Of a DNA stretch of 33,749 nucleotides, positions 18,628 through 28,655 are shown piece after piece. This stretch comes from Dethiobacteria bacterium. Its GTDB lineage: Bacteria > Bacillota > Dethiobacteria > DTU022 > PWGO01. The notes beneath the pieces are model-generated. The model had not been told where the DNA came from. It did no database searches and saw nothing but the letters and a program-made list of their open reading frames with translations. The position numbers and the translations under genes were made by a program. The stretch lies in NCBI GenBank assembly GCA_049277715.1, contig JBASYW010000016.1, forward strand, positions 1 to 33,749, written 5' to 3'. The number at the start of each line of letters is the position of its first letter. Within the stretch, counting starts at the first letter, position 1.

Positions 18628-19734
18628 TTAAATGCTTTCCAGTTCACTCATTATTTCTGCGGAAGGTTTATTGGGAATGACGGCGACGGTCTCTCCATTG
18701 TATTCAAAGATGGCCTTATCATCGGCGGTAACTTCACCGATTACCTCTACCCGGGCCCCCTTCGATCCGGCTGCGGCGATCACTTCATCCGCATGTGCGG
18801 GCGGTACCTGCAGCAACATCCTGGCCTGAGTCTCACAGATAAGAATCTCTTCGGGGGAGAGTCCTTCTTCTCTCAGCGGAACCTTGGAAAGATCCACGGT
18901 TGCCCCGAATCCGCCAAAACGTACGGATTCACACACGGCTGCTCCGAGTCCGGCCGCCCCCAGATCCGAACAGGATTCGATTCCGTCTACTTTATACGCT
19001 TCCAGGGTCGAGTCCATCGTTATTCTTTCTTCTTTAAAGAGGGCCAGGGCGGGACGCATCTCCGGAACCAGGCCGGCGCGGTAAAGGGTATCGTTGCCGT
19101 CGCTGCCGGTTTCGCCGATGATGATTAATTTGTTTCCGGCGCGCTTGGCCGGTTTGGTGAGCGGCTTTTTGGTGATCAACTTTCCAAAGGCGCTGATGAC
19201 CATAGCCGGAACGATATCGCTGAAGGATGTAGAGAAGCCGCCTCCGGCAACAAACATCCCCAGTGAAGCGCACATATCTCTGATTCCTTTAAGCATGAGA
19301 TTAAGTCGCTCCTGACTGGTCATTGTTTTGCAATTGCCACACGTGCATTTACCTGTAAAACCGCAGGGCCCGACGATCACTTCTTCATCGAGCGGTCTGG
19401 TGCCGATAAAATCAAGAATGAAGAGCGGTCTTGCCCCCATGGCGACGACGTCGCGAGCCGAGCCGCCTACTCCGGTGGCTGAACTGTCATAGGGCCGGGG
19501 CACGCAGGGGCTGCAGTGACTTTCCATCTTGGCGACAACGTATGTCTCTTCGCCGGGAAGCTTGAGCACAGCGGCATCATCGTTGGCATCCGGGCCCACA
19601 ATCATGCTGCCCGGCAGTGTTTCGCTGATCTTATCATTTAAATTTTTAAAAGCGTGAAAATCAATAGCTTTGTCGGCATTATGGTGAAGATGAACAAACA
19701 AGGCGTGCATTAGCGCTTTTTCAACCCGATTCAT
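18628..19734 (-). CDS. AIR-synthase-related (PurL/PurM-superfamily) protein, half-size PurL-like
   Basis: DDAAVLKL and KMESHCSPCVPRPYDSSATGVGGSARDVVAMGARP parallel the PurL block ETHNHPS..PY.GAATGVGG.IRD..AMGARP. A second PurM-like C-terminal domain is present. A Cys-rich insert reads GPCGFTGKCTCGNCKT. ATG lies after AAAGGAG. Confidence 0.75.
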   Translation of the reverse strand: MNRVEKALMHALFVHLHHNADKAIDFHAFKNLNDKISETLPGSMIVGPDANDDAAVLKLPGEETYVVAKMESHCSPCVPRPYDSSATGVGGSARDVVAMGARPLFILDFIGTRPLDEEVIVGPCGFTGKCTCGNCKTMTSQERLNLMLKGIRDMCASLGMFVAGGGFSTSFSDIVPAMVISAFGKLITKKPLTKPAKRAGNKLIIIGETGSDGNDTLYRAGLVPEMRPALALFKEERITMDSTLEAYKVDGIESCSDLGAAGLGAAVCESVRFGGFGATVDLSKVPLREEGLSPEEILICETQARMLLQVPPAHADEVIAAAGSKGARVEVIGEVTADDKAIFEYNGETVAVIPNKPSAEIMSELESI

Positions 19735-20085
19735 ATTAAATCTCCTTTTACTGTTATTTTAATTTTGTTGGTGTTTTTATCAACAATTTATTCTATCATA
19801 AAGAGCGGTTCTGTTGTAGCGTTAAGGGAAAAATCAAATCAAGGCACTGTAAGTTTAAAAGAATCCCACCCTAGCCTGCTTGAGTCGTCTGCAGTTATCA
19901 TTGCTATGAAAGCAAACGCTTCGTTGTTCGTTGTTACCCTGAAGCTAACGGATTTTCGTTTATCATGGTGTGGGCAGCGCGTGAGAATTCAGAAGGAAAT
20001 GGTACGTCCCGGCGATGGTATTGCGTGGCCGGAGGCGTCCGCTCGGATTGGTTCGGCAAGTCAGGGTTCTCGGTACCCGTAAACA

Positions 20086-20094
20086 TGATATAAT
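20086..20094 (+). promoter_or_regulatory. extended -10 promoter element upstream of the beta-mannosidase gene
   Basis: TGATATAAT (TGn + TATAAT) about 130 nt upstream of ATG 20225; no good -35 element. Confidence 0.4.
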
Positions 20095-20224
20095 CAATAA
20101 TATATAGCTGATTTTAGCCGGTGCACATCATTTCATCTGCTTAGTCGTGCTTGGTGTGTATGAAATATATGGCAGGGGAAGGCAACCTGCCTCACCCATT
20201 TTATGCGATTGATTTGGAGAGCTT

Positions 20225-22786
20225 ATGATTACATTGGATTTAAACGGACCATGGATATTAATGCGCAGTGATGATCCGGATAATCCGATCGAGGCCCGTA
20301 TCCCGGGATGCAATTATCTTGATCTGATGAGAGAAAAGATCATCGATGATGTCTTTTATGGCACCAATGAAAGGTTATACCGCTGGGTGGCCGAGAAGGA
20401 TTGGATTTATACAAGACAGTTTACGGTCGATGATCGGGTGCTGGATCATGATTTCATCTTTCTTTCCGTCAGCGGGCTGGATACCGTTGCTGATATTTAC
20501 ATCAACGAAGAGCTTATCGGACACGGTAAAAATGCTTATGTGGATTATCGGTTTGATCTTAAAAACCATCTGTTGGCGGGCGGCAATGAGATTAAAATAT
20601 ATTTTCATTCTCCGATAAAGTACATCTCCGAAAAACAGCGTAAAGACCCTTTTCCCCATAATTATAACGGGTTAACCGGTTTTCCCCATCTTCGTAAACC
20701 GGCCTATCATTTCGGGTGGGACTGGGGTCCGATACTTCCGCCCTCGGGCATCAGCGGAGGGATCTGCATCAACGCTTTTAAGCGGGGCTATATAAATGAT
20801 TTTGCGGTCAGGCAACAGCATTTTAAAGATAAGGTCAGGCTGGTCATGGCCCTGGAAACAGTCCGATCAGATAATGCCGAAAGCCGTGATTTTGCTTTAT
20901 TATGCAAAATATTCGGTCCTGATGATCAGGAAATTTGTACTCAAAGAATAAACCTGACCGGCGATAAAATGAACTGGGAGATGGATATCGATCATCCTGT
21001 TTTGTGGTATCCCAACGGTTATAGAGATGTTAAAACACAGCCGTTGTACAGGATTGAATTGGAACTCATCGATCAAGAGGAGATCCATGATAAAAAGCAT
21101 TATAAAATTGGCCTGCGAACCATAGAGCTGGACAGAGATAATGATCGGTGGGGGCAGACGTTTGCTTTCAAGGTCAACGGAAAGAAAATATTTTGCAAAG
21201 GTGCCAACTGGATACCTGCAGACAGCTTTATAACCAGGACGGATGCAGATCATCTTGAATATCTGGTCCGGAGTATGGCCCAAGCCAATATGAATATGGT
21301 ACGGGTGTGGGGCGGCGGTTATTATGGAAGTGAGGAATTTTTTGATCTCTGCGATAAATACGGCCTCCTGGTGTGGCAGGACTTTCAATTCGCCTGTGCG
21401 CCTTATCCTCTTTATGATCATGATTTTTTAAATGATGTTCTCCGTGAGATAGATGATCAGGTAAAAAGGCTGCGCCATCGCGCCAGTCTGGCCCTCTGGT
21501 GCGGCAACAATGAGATAGAGATGATGTCTCCGGCTTGGATGACCAGAAGAAAGTTTATCAGGAGCGCCGGCGATTTCTTTTATAAAATTCTGCCACGGAG
21601 AGTTAAAAGGCTTGATCCCGTAACCCCCTATTGGTACGGCTCTCCTTCCGGCGGCAGGTATTTGAAAGGTGTTAATGCCGATGCGACGGGGGATACCCAT
21701 TTATGGAATGTATGGCACGGATTACAGAGTTTTTCTTATTACCGGCGCAGATTGACCAGGTTTTGCAGTGAGTTCGGATTCCAATCGCTTCCCGATATTG
21801 ATACGGTAAGGACGTTTGCGACGGAGAAGGACCTGCATATGACATCGGAAGTCATGAATGTGCATCAAAAATGTATCAGCGGTAATGACAAAATAATTTA
21901 TTATATGGTCTCACACTTTTTTATCCCCTCCGATTTTGAAGATTTAATCTATATATCTCAGCTTATTCAAGCTGAGAGTATCAAGTATGCGGTGGAGCAC
22001 TTCCGGCGAAATAACGGAAGGTGTAACGGAGCTCTTTATTGGCAATTAAACGATTGCTGGCCGGTAAACAGCTGGTCGAGCATTGATTATTATGGAAAAT
22101 GGAAAGCTCTTCATTACTATGCAAAGAGATTTAACCAGCCGGTGGCTGTCTCCTTTCTGCCGGAAAGAAGAAGGATAAAGATATATGCATATAACGAAAA
22201 ACAGGATGATTTTAAAGGGGTTTTGAGATGGAAAATTGTTGGTTTTGATGGTCAATTATGGGAAGACGGTATGGAAACCCTGGTTTTAAAATTCAATGAG
22301 GTCTATATAAGAACCCTGGATGCGGCCCGTTATTTAAAGCCGGATTCAATCGGTAACACGGTGCTGTTTGCCGGAATCTATGATCAATATGACCGGCAGA
22401 TTGCTTACAATACCTTTCTGTTTACCAAAGAGCGGTATCTGCAGTTGACCAAACCGAAGATAACCAGACAACTCAGGCTGGAGGATGGGGTTCTGATTAT
22501 CACCCTCAAGAGCAATACTTTTGCCAAAGGGGTAATGCTGCACTTGAAGGGTATCCGCAACCCTTTTTCCGATAACTTTTTTGATCTGTTAAAAGATGAA
22601 GAGAGGTCTATAACCATTAAGGTGGGGCATAATTGTAATCTGGACGACCTGCGGGCCAGGCTTTCTGTGAAATGTTTAAATGATGCGGAGCGGAAATATG
22701 CAAAATTTCGGGAAAGGTTGATAAGGCTGAAGATCTTACTTCTGCCCATGAATATTGCTAATAAAATATTGTACAAGTTTTTGTAG
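20225..22786 (+). CDS. GH2-family beta-mannosidase (no signal peptide)
   Basis: 853 aa. VWGGGYYGSEEFFDLCDKYGLLVWQDFQFACAPYP, acid/base region LWCGNNEIE, nucleophile region FCSEFGFQSLP. Confidence 0.88.
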   Translation: MITLDLNGPWILMRSDDPDNPIEARIPGCNYLDLMREKIIDDVFYGTNERLYRWVAEKDWIYTRQFTVDDRVLDHDFIFLSVSGLDTVADIYINEELIGHGKNAYVDYRFDLKNHLLAGGNEIKIYFHSPIKYISEKQRKDPFPHNYNGLTGFPHLRKPAYHFGWDWGPILPPSGISGGICINAFKRGYINDFAVRQQHFKDKVRLVMALETVRSDNAESRDFALLCKIFGPDDQEICTQRINLTGDKMNWEMDIDHPVLWYPNGYRDVKTQPLYRIELELIDQEEIHDKKHYKIGLRTIELDRDNDRWGQTFAFKVNGKKIFCKGANWIPADSFITRTDADHLEYLVRSMAQANMNMVRVWGGGYYGSEEFFDLCDKYGLLVWQDFQFACAPYPLYDHDFLNDVLREIDDQVKRLRHRASLALWCGNNEIEMMSPAWMTRRKFIRSAGDFFYKILPRRVKRLDPVTPYWYGSPSGGRYLKGVNADATGDTHLWNVWHGLQSFSYYRRRLTRFCSEFGFQSLPDIDTVRTFATEKDLHMTSEVMNVHQKCISGNDKIIYYMVSHFFIPSDFEDLIYISQLIQAESIKYAVEHFRRNNGRCNGALYWQLNDCWPVNSWSSIDYYGKWKALHYYAKRFNQPVAVSFLPERRRIKIYAYNEKQDDFKGVLRWKIVGFDGQLWEDGMETLVLKFNEVYIRTLDAARYLKPDSIGNTVLFAGIYDQYDRQIAYNTFLFTKERYLQLTKPKITRQLRLEDGVLIITLKSNTFAKGVMLHLKGIRNPFSDNFFDLLKDEERSITIKVGHNCNLDDLRARLSVKCLNDAERKYAKFRERLIRLKILLLPMNIANKILYKFL

Positions 22787-22888
22787 TTGTTAATCATTGA
22801 ATTTTAAAGACTTATCCCCCTTGGCTCAGGCCGGCCAGGACCGGCAAGGAATCCCGATCGGAGGGGATAAAAAAAGGGCTTAAAAATT

Positions 22889-22917
22889 TTGACATAGGCC
22901 CGGATATTGGTTAAAAT
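22889..22917 (+). promoter_or_regulatory. near-consensus sigma-A promoter for tRNA-Gly
   Basis: TTGACA (22889-22894), 17-nt spacer, TAAAAT (22912-22917), about 38 nt upstream of the tRNA. Confidence 0.6.
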
Positions 22918-22954
22918 GGCTGTTGGGATTAATATATATTAGATGTAAATAATG

Positions 22955-23028
22955 CGGGTGTAGCTCAATGGTAGAGCCCTAGCCTTCCAAGCTAGTCACG
23001 TGGGTTCGATTCCCATCACCCGCTCCAT
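22955..23028 (+). tRNA. tRNA-Gly (anticodon UCC), CCA encoded
   Basis: Acceptor GCGGGTG/CACCCGC, D-arm TAGCTCAATGGTAGAGC, anticodon stem CTAGC/GCTAG with loop CTTCCAA, T-arm GTGGGTTCGATTCCCAT, discriminator T plus CCA. Confidence 0.93.
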
Positions 23029-23418
23029 TTATTTTAACCTGATCACTGATTTTGACGGTTATTTTTTATTTGAAGTATTATTCTGAAGGTAAAAAAAGGG
23101 GAGTGCCGAATAATTTTATGAAGAGAATTTTACAGAAAAATTCGGACTGCATCTTTTCTATACAATAAACGTCTCAACATTGCTACTTATTAGATATTCT
23201 ACTTGTTTTTAATCCAACATCGTGATATTTTTGTGTGTTTTTCAGTTCCTTATCAATATAATAGTATGAAAGCGTTAAATTAAACAGGATTTCATCTTCA
23301 GGTTTATTGACTGCCGGGTTTCTATATTTTCTTTTATGGAGAGAGAAAGCTTATTATTTCCCTTTTGAGAAGAGAAGGGCATGATTATGAGGATTGAAAA
23401 GATACAAAGGGGGACGAT

Positions 23419-26070
23419 GTGTTGAAAACTGAACATTACAGAGCTTTAAGGCACCTCAACACCGCGCTTAAAAATTATCCTGATCTGTCCATAGAGAATT
23501 TAACAAGGACCGTTGCCCTTCTGCTTGATGTCGAGCTCGTGGGGGTATGGTTCTTCAAAGATGATTACACCGCTATATTCTGCAAAAGGCTGTACTGTAA
23601 AAGCAAGGATGGATATGAGAAGGATCTGGTCATGGATGCCTCCCGATACCCTGTTTTCTTCCGGGTCCTGGAAGAAAAGCAGACGGTGGTAATCGACGAT
23701 GCTTCGGCCTATACCGGTATGGGGGCGGGGCATTATCTGCATAATTCAGCCCCACGGGCGGCGATCATCGCTCCGGTGTGGATTGATAAGATCATCGTCG
23801 GGATTGTCTCCCTGGAACATGCTGATAATAAGAGACTATGGACCTCCCGGGAGAAGACGATGGGGGCTTTGATAACCAATGTTATGGCTCTGTTGGTAGG
23901 ATCATCCCTGCAGCATAATGTAGAGAATATAACTTTTATCAACCATCTTCCGGGTATAGTTTATCGCTGCATTTGTGATCACGAATTGACGATCGAATTC
24001 GTCAGTGACGGATGTTTCCACCTCACAGGCTATCCCCCTTCGGATCTTAAAGAAAAGCGGGTATCTTATCCGGATATCATTCACCCGGCTGACCGATCCA
24101 GAGTGCAGAATGAGATCCGACACAAGATGGAGGGGGGGCTTCCCTTCACCGTTGAATATCGGATTATTACGGCCGATGAGCAGGTGAAATGGGTCTGGGA
24201 ACAGGGGTGGGTGCTAACAACCGCTCCGGAGGATGCAATCGTTCGGGAAGGTTATATCATGGATATCACTGCCTTGAAAAAAACAGAAGAAGATTTCAGG
24301 AATGCCGAGCAACGACTGAGAACCATTTTCAACAATGTTAATGATGCCATCTTCATCCATGATCTGGATGGACGGATCATCGATGTCAACGACAAGATGT
24401 TGGAAGTATACGGGGTTGATCGTGCGGAGGCTCTGGCGGGAAAGGTGCAGGATGATTATTCCAGCAGCAGGAATCCTGCCGGATTATTGTCCCGGTATTG
24501 GGAGGAGGCTCTTGGCGGGAAGAGTAAATTTTTCAAGTGGAAGGCAAGAAGGCCCGGTGATGATTCGGATTTGGATGTGGAAGTGCTGTTGACCAAACTA
24601 AATCTTGGAGAACAGGATGCTATCCTGGCGGCGGTCAGAGATATAACCGCATACAAGAATACGGAGGAGGCACTGCGGCAATCGGAGGAGAGATACAAGG
24701 AGATACTTTCATCGATAGAAGAACTTTATCTGGAAGTCGATCTGGCGGGGAATATTACCTTCTGCAATGAGGCGGCGTGCCGGATGCTTGGATATTCGCG
24801 GGAAGAGTTATTGGGAATCAATTATCGTAAACTTCACCTGGATCCGGATAAGGTTTACCAAGCCTTTAACCTCGTTTACCGCACCGGAAAACCGGATAAA
24901 GGCTATACCATGGAGCTTCTCTGCAAAGATGGCAGCCTGATTTTTATCGAGCTCTCTATTTCGCTGATCAAAGATAAAGACGGGAAGATCATCGGTTTTC
25001 GTGGGGTGGGAAGGGATGCAACCAAACGGAAACAGTTCGAGGAAAAACTAAAGTATATCAGCTTGCACGACCAGCTCACCGGACTGTATAACCGGGCATA
25101 TATGGAGCAGGAACTCCGTCGTCTTGAGGAAAAAGAGGGTTGTCAGGTATCAATTATTCTGGTTGATCTGGATGGTCTCAAGTTGATCAACGACACCATG
25201 GGGCATAAACAAGGCGATGAACTGTTAAAAAAATGTGCTGCCATTCTTAAACAATCGATCCGGGGTACCGATATATTGGCCAGATTCGGCGGAGACGAGT
25301 TTGCCATCATTCTCCCCTATACGGCGGAGCAGGCTGCAGAATTGATTCGCCAGCGGATAAGAACGGCGATTGAAAAATTTAACGAGAATAAACCGGATGT
25401 CCATCTGGGGGTCTCCATGGGAGTGGCCACCAGCTCCATGGATGGGGGATCACTGGAGGATACGTTTAACGAAGCCGATGACTATATGTACCAGGAGAAG
25501 TTATATCGCAGCGCCGAAGCTCATGAAAAGATTGCGGCAACGATATTGTACAAATTGGATGATCTTGATTATATTACCGCAGGCCATGCCGAGCGCCTGA
25601 AGGAACTGAGTATCAAACTGGGAACAAAATTTGAGCTTTCTTCACGGCAATTAAAAGATCTGGTCATCCTGGCCCAGGCCCATGATGTAGGAAAGATAAG
25701 TATTCCCAAGGATGTATTATTTAAAGAGCAGCCGCTTACCGAGGCGGAATGGAAGATTATCAGAGCACATGCGGAGAAAGGTTACCGTATCGCCCGTTCA
25801 ATCCCTACCCTGGCCACGGTTGCCGATCTGATTTTGCGTCACCACGAACGGTGGGATGGAACGGGGTACCCCATCGGTCTGAAAGGCAACAACATTCCCA
25901 TCGAATGCCGTATCTTTTCTATTGTTGATGCCTATGACGTTATGACCCACGACCGCCCCTATCGCCAGGCCCTGAGCCTTAAGCAGGCGGTGGCGGAACT
26001 GAGGCGGTGTGCGGGGACACAGTTCGATCCCGTGCTGATTGAAGAATTTATCAGGATCATAGAAGGATAG
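23419..26070 (+). CDS. GAF-PAS-PAS-PAS-GGDEF-HD-GYP c-di-GMP signalling protein
   Basis: 883 aa. N-terminal GAF-like region, three PAS/PAC repeats, GGDEF domain (RFGGDEF with an RGTD I-site), then HD-GYP (HDVGK ... HHERWDGTGYP). GTG start lies after AAAGGGGGA. Confidence 0.88.
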   Translation: MLKTEHYRALRHLNTALKNYPDLSIENLTRTVALLLDVELVGVWFFKDDYTAIFCKRLYCKSKDGYEKDLVMDASRYPVFFRVLEEKQTVVIDDASAYTGMGAGHYLHNSAPRAAIIAPVWIDKIIVGIVSLEHADNKRLWTSREKTMGALITNVMALLVGSSLQHNVENITFINHLPGIVYRCICDHELTIEFVSDGCFHLTGYPPSDLKEKRVSYPDIIHPADRSRVQNEIRHKMEGGLPFTVEYRIITADEQVKWVWEQGWVLTTAPEDAIVREGYIMDITALKKTEEDFRNAEQRLRTIFNNVNDAIFIHDLDGRIIDVNDKMLEVYGVDRAEALAGKVQDDYSSSRNPAGLLSRYWEEALGGKSKFFKWKARRPGDDSDLDVEVLLTKLNLGEQDAILAAVRDITAYKNTEEALRQSEERYKEILSSIEELYLEVDLAGNITFCNEAACRMLGYSREELLGINYRKLHLDPDKVYQAFNLVYRTGKPDKGYTMELLCKDGSLIFIELSISLIKDKDGKIIGFRGVGRDATKRKQFEEKLKYISLHDQLTGLYNRAYMEQELRRLEEKEGCQVSIILVDLDGLKLINDTMGHKQGDELLKKCAAILKQSIRGTDILARFGGDEFAIILPYTAEQAAELIRQRIRTAIEKFNENKPDVHLGVSMGVATSSMDGGSLEDTFNEADDYMYQEKLYRSAEAHEKIAATILYKLDDLDYITAGHAERLKELSIKLGTKFELSSRQLKDLVILAQAHDVGKISIPKDVLFKEQPLTEAEWKIIRAHAEKGYRIARSIPTLATVADLILRHHERWDGTGYPIGLKGNNIPIECRIFSIVDAYDVMTHDRPYRQALSLKQAVAELRRCAGTQFDPVLIEEFIRIIEG

Positions 26071-26316
26071 TCTTGTGGCGGAGTTCTGCAAGCACCGTTT
26101 TTATCTGTAAATCTGTTTGAATTTACCGGAAACCCGGCTACGTTTCTTCAATTTACGTTCCCCTGCCATCCCTCTCTTTCACTCCCTATCATGGACCGTT
26201 ATTGATTATTTCCTCACTGTTTCTCTGCATAAAATAATGTGCCGGTTTATGAAGAATAATATTATGAGGAATAATATACGGGACGGATAAATGTTAAACA
26301 GGGGAAGCGATAGCAT

Positions 26317-28437
26317 ATGAAGACAACCGCCAAACAGGCAAACCGCCTGATTAACGAAAAATCTCCTTATTTATTGCAGCATGCTTATAATCCTGTCAAT
26401 TGGTATCCCTGGGGAGATGAACCCTTCAAAAAGGCTGCCCGGGAGGATAAACCTGTTTTTTTGAGCATCGGTTATTCGACCTGTCACTGGTGTCATATTA
26501 TGGGAAAAGAAAGCTTTGAGGATCCGGCCGTGGCGGAAATACTCAATAATAATTTTATATCCATCAAGCTGGATCGTGAAGAACGGCCGGATCTGGATGG
26601 ATTTTATATGGATGTATGTCATCTGCTCACCGGCCAGGGAGGATGGCCCCTGACGATAATCATGACCCCGGATAAAAAACCTTTTTTTGCCGGCACTTAT
26701 TTTCCCAAAGATTCACGGTACGGGCTAACGGGGCTCTTAAGTCTTCTGCCCAAACTGTCCAAGCTGTGGAGAGAGGAACGTTCCAAGGTGTTAAACGCGG
26801 GTGAAGAACTGTGGGAGATGATCAGACAGATCCGTGAACCGTCAACGGATATGGATTATTACTTGCCGGGAACGGAGCTGTTAAAGGATGCTTTCAGCAA
26901 ACTATCGGAAATTCACGACCGCCATTATGGCGGATTCGGGCACAGCCCCAAATTTCCCATCCCCCATAATCTGATGTTCCTGCTACGTTTTTGGAAACTC
27001 AGCAGGAAAAAAGAGGCGCTCGATATGGTGGTAAAGACGTTAATCCATATGATCCGGGGCGGTATTTACGACCAGCTGGGGTTTGGTTTTCACCGTTATG
27101 CAACCGATCAGAAATGGCTTGTTCCCCATTTTGAGAAGATGCTCTACGACCAGGCGCTGATGGCTCTGGTTTATCTGGAGGCCTATCAGGTTACCGCCGA
27201 TGAACAGTACTCTGAAGCCGCCGGGCAGATCCTGGATTACGTGTTGAGGGATCTGATCTCCCCTGACGGCGCTTTTTTTGCCGCGGAGGATGCGGACAGC
27301 GAAGGTGAAGACGGGGCCTTCTACGTCTGGACGCCTGCGGAAGTAAAACAGATACTGGGAGAGGAGAAGGGACGTCTGTTCTGTGATTACTACGGTATAA
27401 CCGGGGAGGGGAACTTTGTACACCGGAAGAGTATCCTTCACCGTCGGTATGAAGAGAAGGAATTTGCCAGACAGAAGGTCATGAGTATTGCTGAACTGAA
27501 AGCTTTTCTGGAACATTCACGGGCCCAGCTTCTTGATGGGCGCTTCCGGCGGGAACGTCCGTTTCGTGACGAGAAAATTATTGCGGCCTGGAACGGGTTG
27601 ATGATCGCCGCCCTGGCCAAAGCATCCGTTGTCCTCAATGATCATTCCCTGGCCGAGATCGGCGCCGCCGTGGTACGGTTTATGCAGAACCATATGTTTA
27701 CGGCCGAAGGAAGGCTGCTCAGATGCTACCGGAAAGGGGAAGCGGCGATACCGGCTTTTTTGGATGATTATGCTTTTCTGGTCTGGGGGCTGATTGAACT
27801 TTATCAGGCCACTTTTGAGGCCGGATATCTACGACTGGCACACTCGTTAAATGAACACATGCTCGAACTTTTTGATAATGATGGCGGCGGACTAAACTTT
27901 GCAGCCGGCCATGAGGAGGACCTTCTATTCATCAAGGCCAATGCACAGGACAGTGCTCTTCCTTCGGGCAATTCCGTGGCGGCTATGAACCTGTTAAGAC
28001 TGGGGCGTTTGTTGCGCAAACCCCGGCTTGAAGAGCGGGGGGAAGCCATAATCCGTTCATTTTCCGGTGATATGCAGCGTTCTCCTACCGCTTTTACATT
28101 CCTGTTATCCGCCCTGGATTTAGCTCACAGTCCCCCTGAAGAAGTGGTGATCTGCGGCGAGGAAGGCGCGGCTGAAACAACTGCTTGCCTGAAGATGGTG
28201 CAGAGTGGATTTAATCCGCATCGAACCATTCATCTGCATCGGAGCGGCAGTAAGGGGGATCAGATTCGTGACCTCTGCCCCTTCCTGACGGAGATGGATT
28301 CAGGCGGGGAGCCGGTGCGGGCCTATATCTGCCGTGATCGCAGTTGCCTTCCCCCGGTAAGCGAAACGGCCGCACTGCAAGATCTGCTTGAGCGCCCCGA
28401 CCGCACCGGAGAGAACGGCGGCGGTTCCAAACGGTAA
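26317..28437 (+). CDS. thioredoxin-domain protein of the DUF255/YyaL family (Trx fold + alpha/alpha-toroid epimerase-like domain)
   Basis: [35 protein letters not shown], the signature N-terminus of this family; 706 aa, typical length. Confidence 0.85.
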   Translation: MKTTAKQANRLINEKSPYLLQHAYNPVNWYPWGDEPFKKAAREDKPVFLSIGYSTCHWCHIMGKESFEDPAVAEILNNNFISIKLDREERPDLDGFYMDVCHLLTGQGGWPLTIIMTPDKKPFFAGTYFPKDSRYGLTGLLSLLPKLSKLWREERSKVLNAGEELWEMIRQIREPSTDMDYYLPGTELLKDAFSKLSEIHDRHYGGFGHSPKFPIPHNLMFLLRFWKLSRKKEALDMVVKTLIHMIRGGIYDQLGFGFHRYATDQKWLVPHFEKMLYDQALMALVYLEAYQVTADEQYSEAAGQILDYVLRDLISPDGAFFAAEDADSEGEDGAFYVWTPAEVKQILGEEKGRLFCDYYGITGEGNFVHRKSILHRRYEEKEFARQKVMSIAELKAFLEHSRAQLLDGRFRRERPFRDEKIIAAWNGLMIAALAKASVVLNDHSLAEIGAAVVRFMQNHMFTAEGRLLRCYRKGEAAIPAFLDDYAFLVWGLIELYQATFEAGYLRLAHSLNEHMLELFDNDGGGLNFAAGHEEDLLFIKANAQDSALPSGNSVAAMNLLRLGRLLRKPRLEERGEAIIRSFSGDMQRSPTAFTFLLSALDLAHSPPEEVVICGEEGAAETTACLKMVQSGFNPHRTIHLHRSGSKGDQIRDLCPFLTEMDSGGEPVRAYICRDRSCLPPVSETAALQDLLERPDRTGENGGGSKR

Positions 28438-28655
28438 ACGAGATAAAAGATGGAGCACTTGAAAGTGACAATTATCTCGGACCGCATTTGAGCACTTATT
28501 TGGCCGCCGGCTGTGCCCCGATCGAACTCGACATATTTCCTGGGAAATATACATTAATTTTTGGAAATGGCGAGCCATACCTTGTTTTTAATTATATAAT
28601 AAACTAAAATGCTTAAATATGTTGCCTCTTGGCCGGCAACGGGGGAGGGGTTAAG

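Noticed and set aside
19765-20082. 105-aa plus-strand ORF in the long intergenic region.
   Set aside because: No SD, a non-ATG start context, no recognisable motif, and mixed composition. It is treated as non-coding (see the intergenic finding).
22812-22877. GC-rich palindromic element after the beta-mannosidase gene, considered as its terminator. It includes TTATCCCC...GGGGATAA, GGCCGGCC and CCGATCGG.
   Set aside because: The outer stem encloses a 43-nt interior and is followed by A7 rather than a T-run on the coding strand, so it is not a canonical intrinsic terminator. I cannot assign it to a repeat family from one copy.
23118-23168. 16-codon ORF (MKRILQKNSDCIFSIQ) downstream of tRNA-Gly.
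   Set aside because: It is very short, the GGGGAG lies 14 nt from the ATG (poor spacing), and there is no supporting feature.
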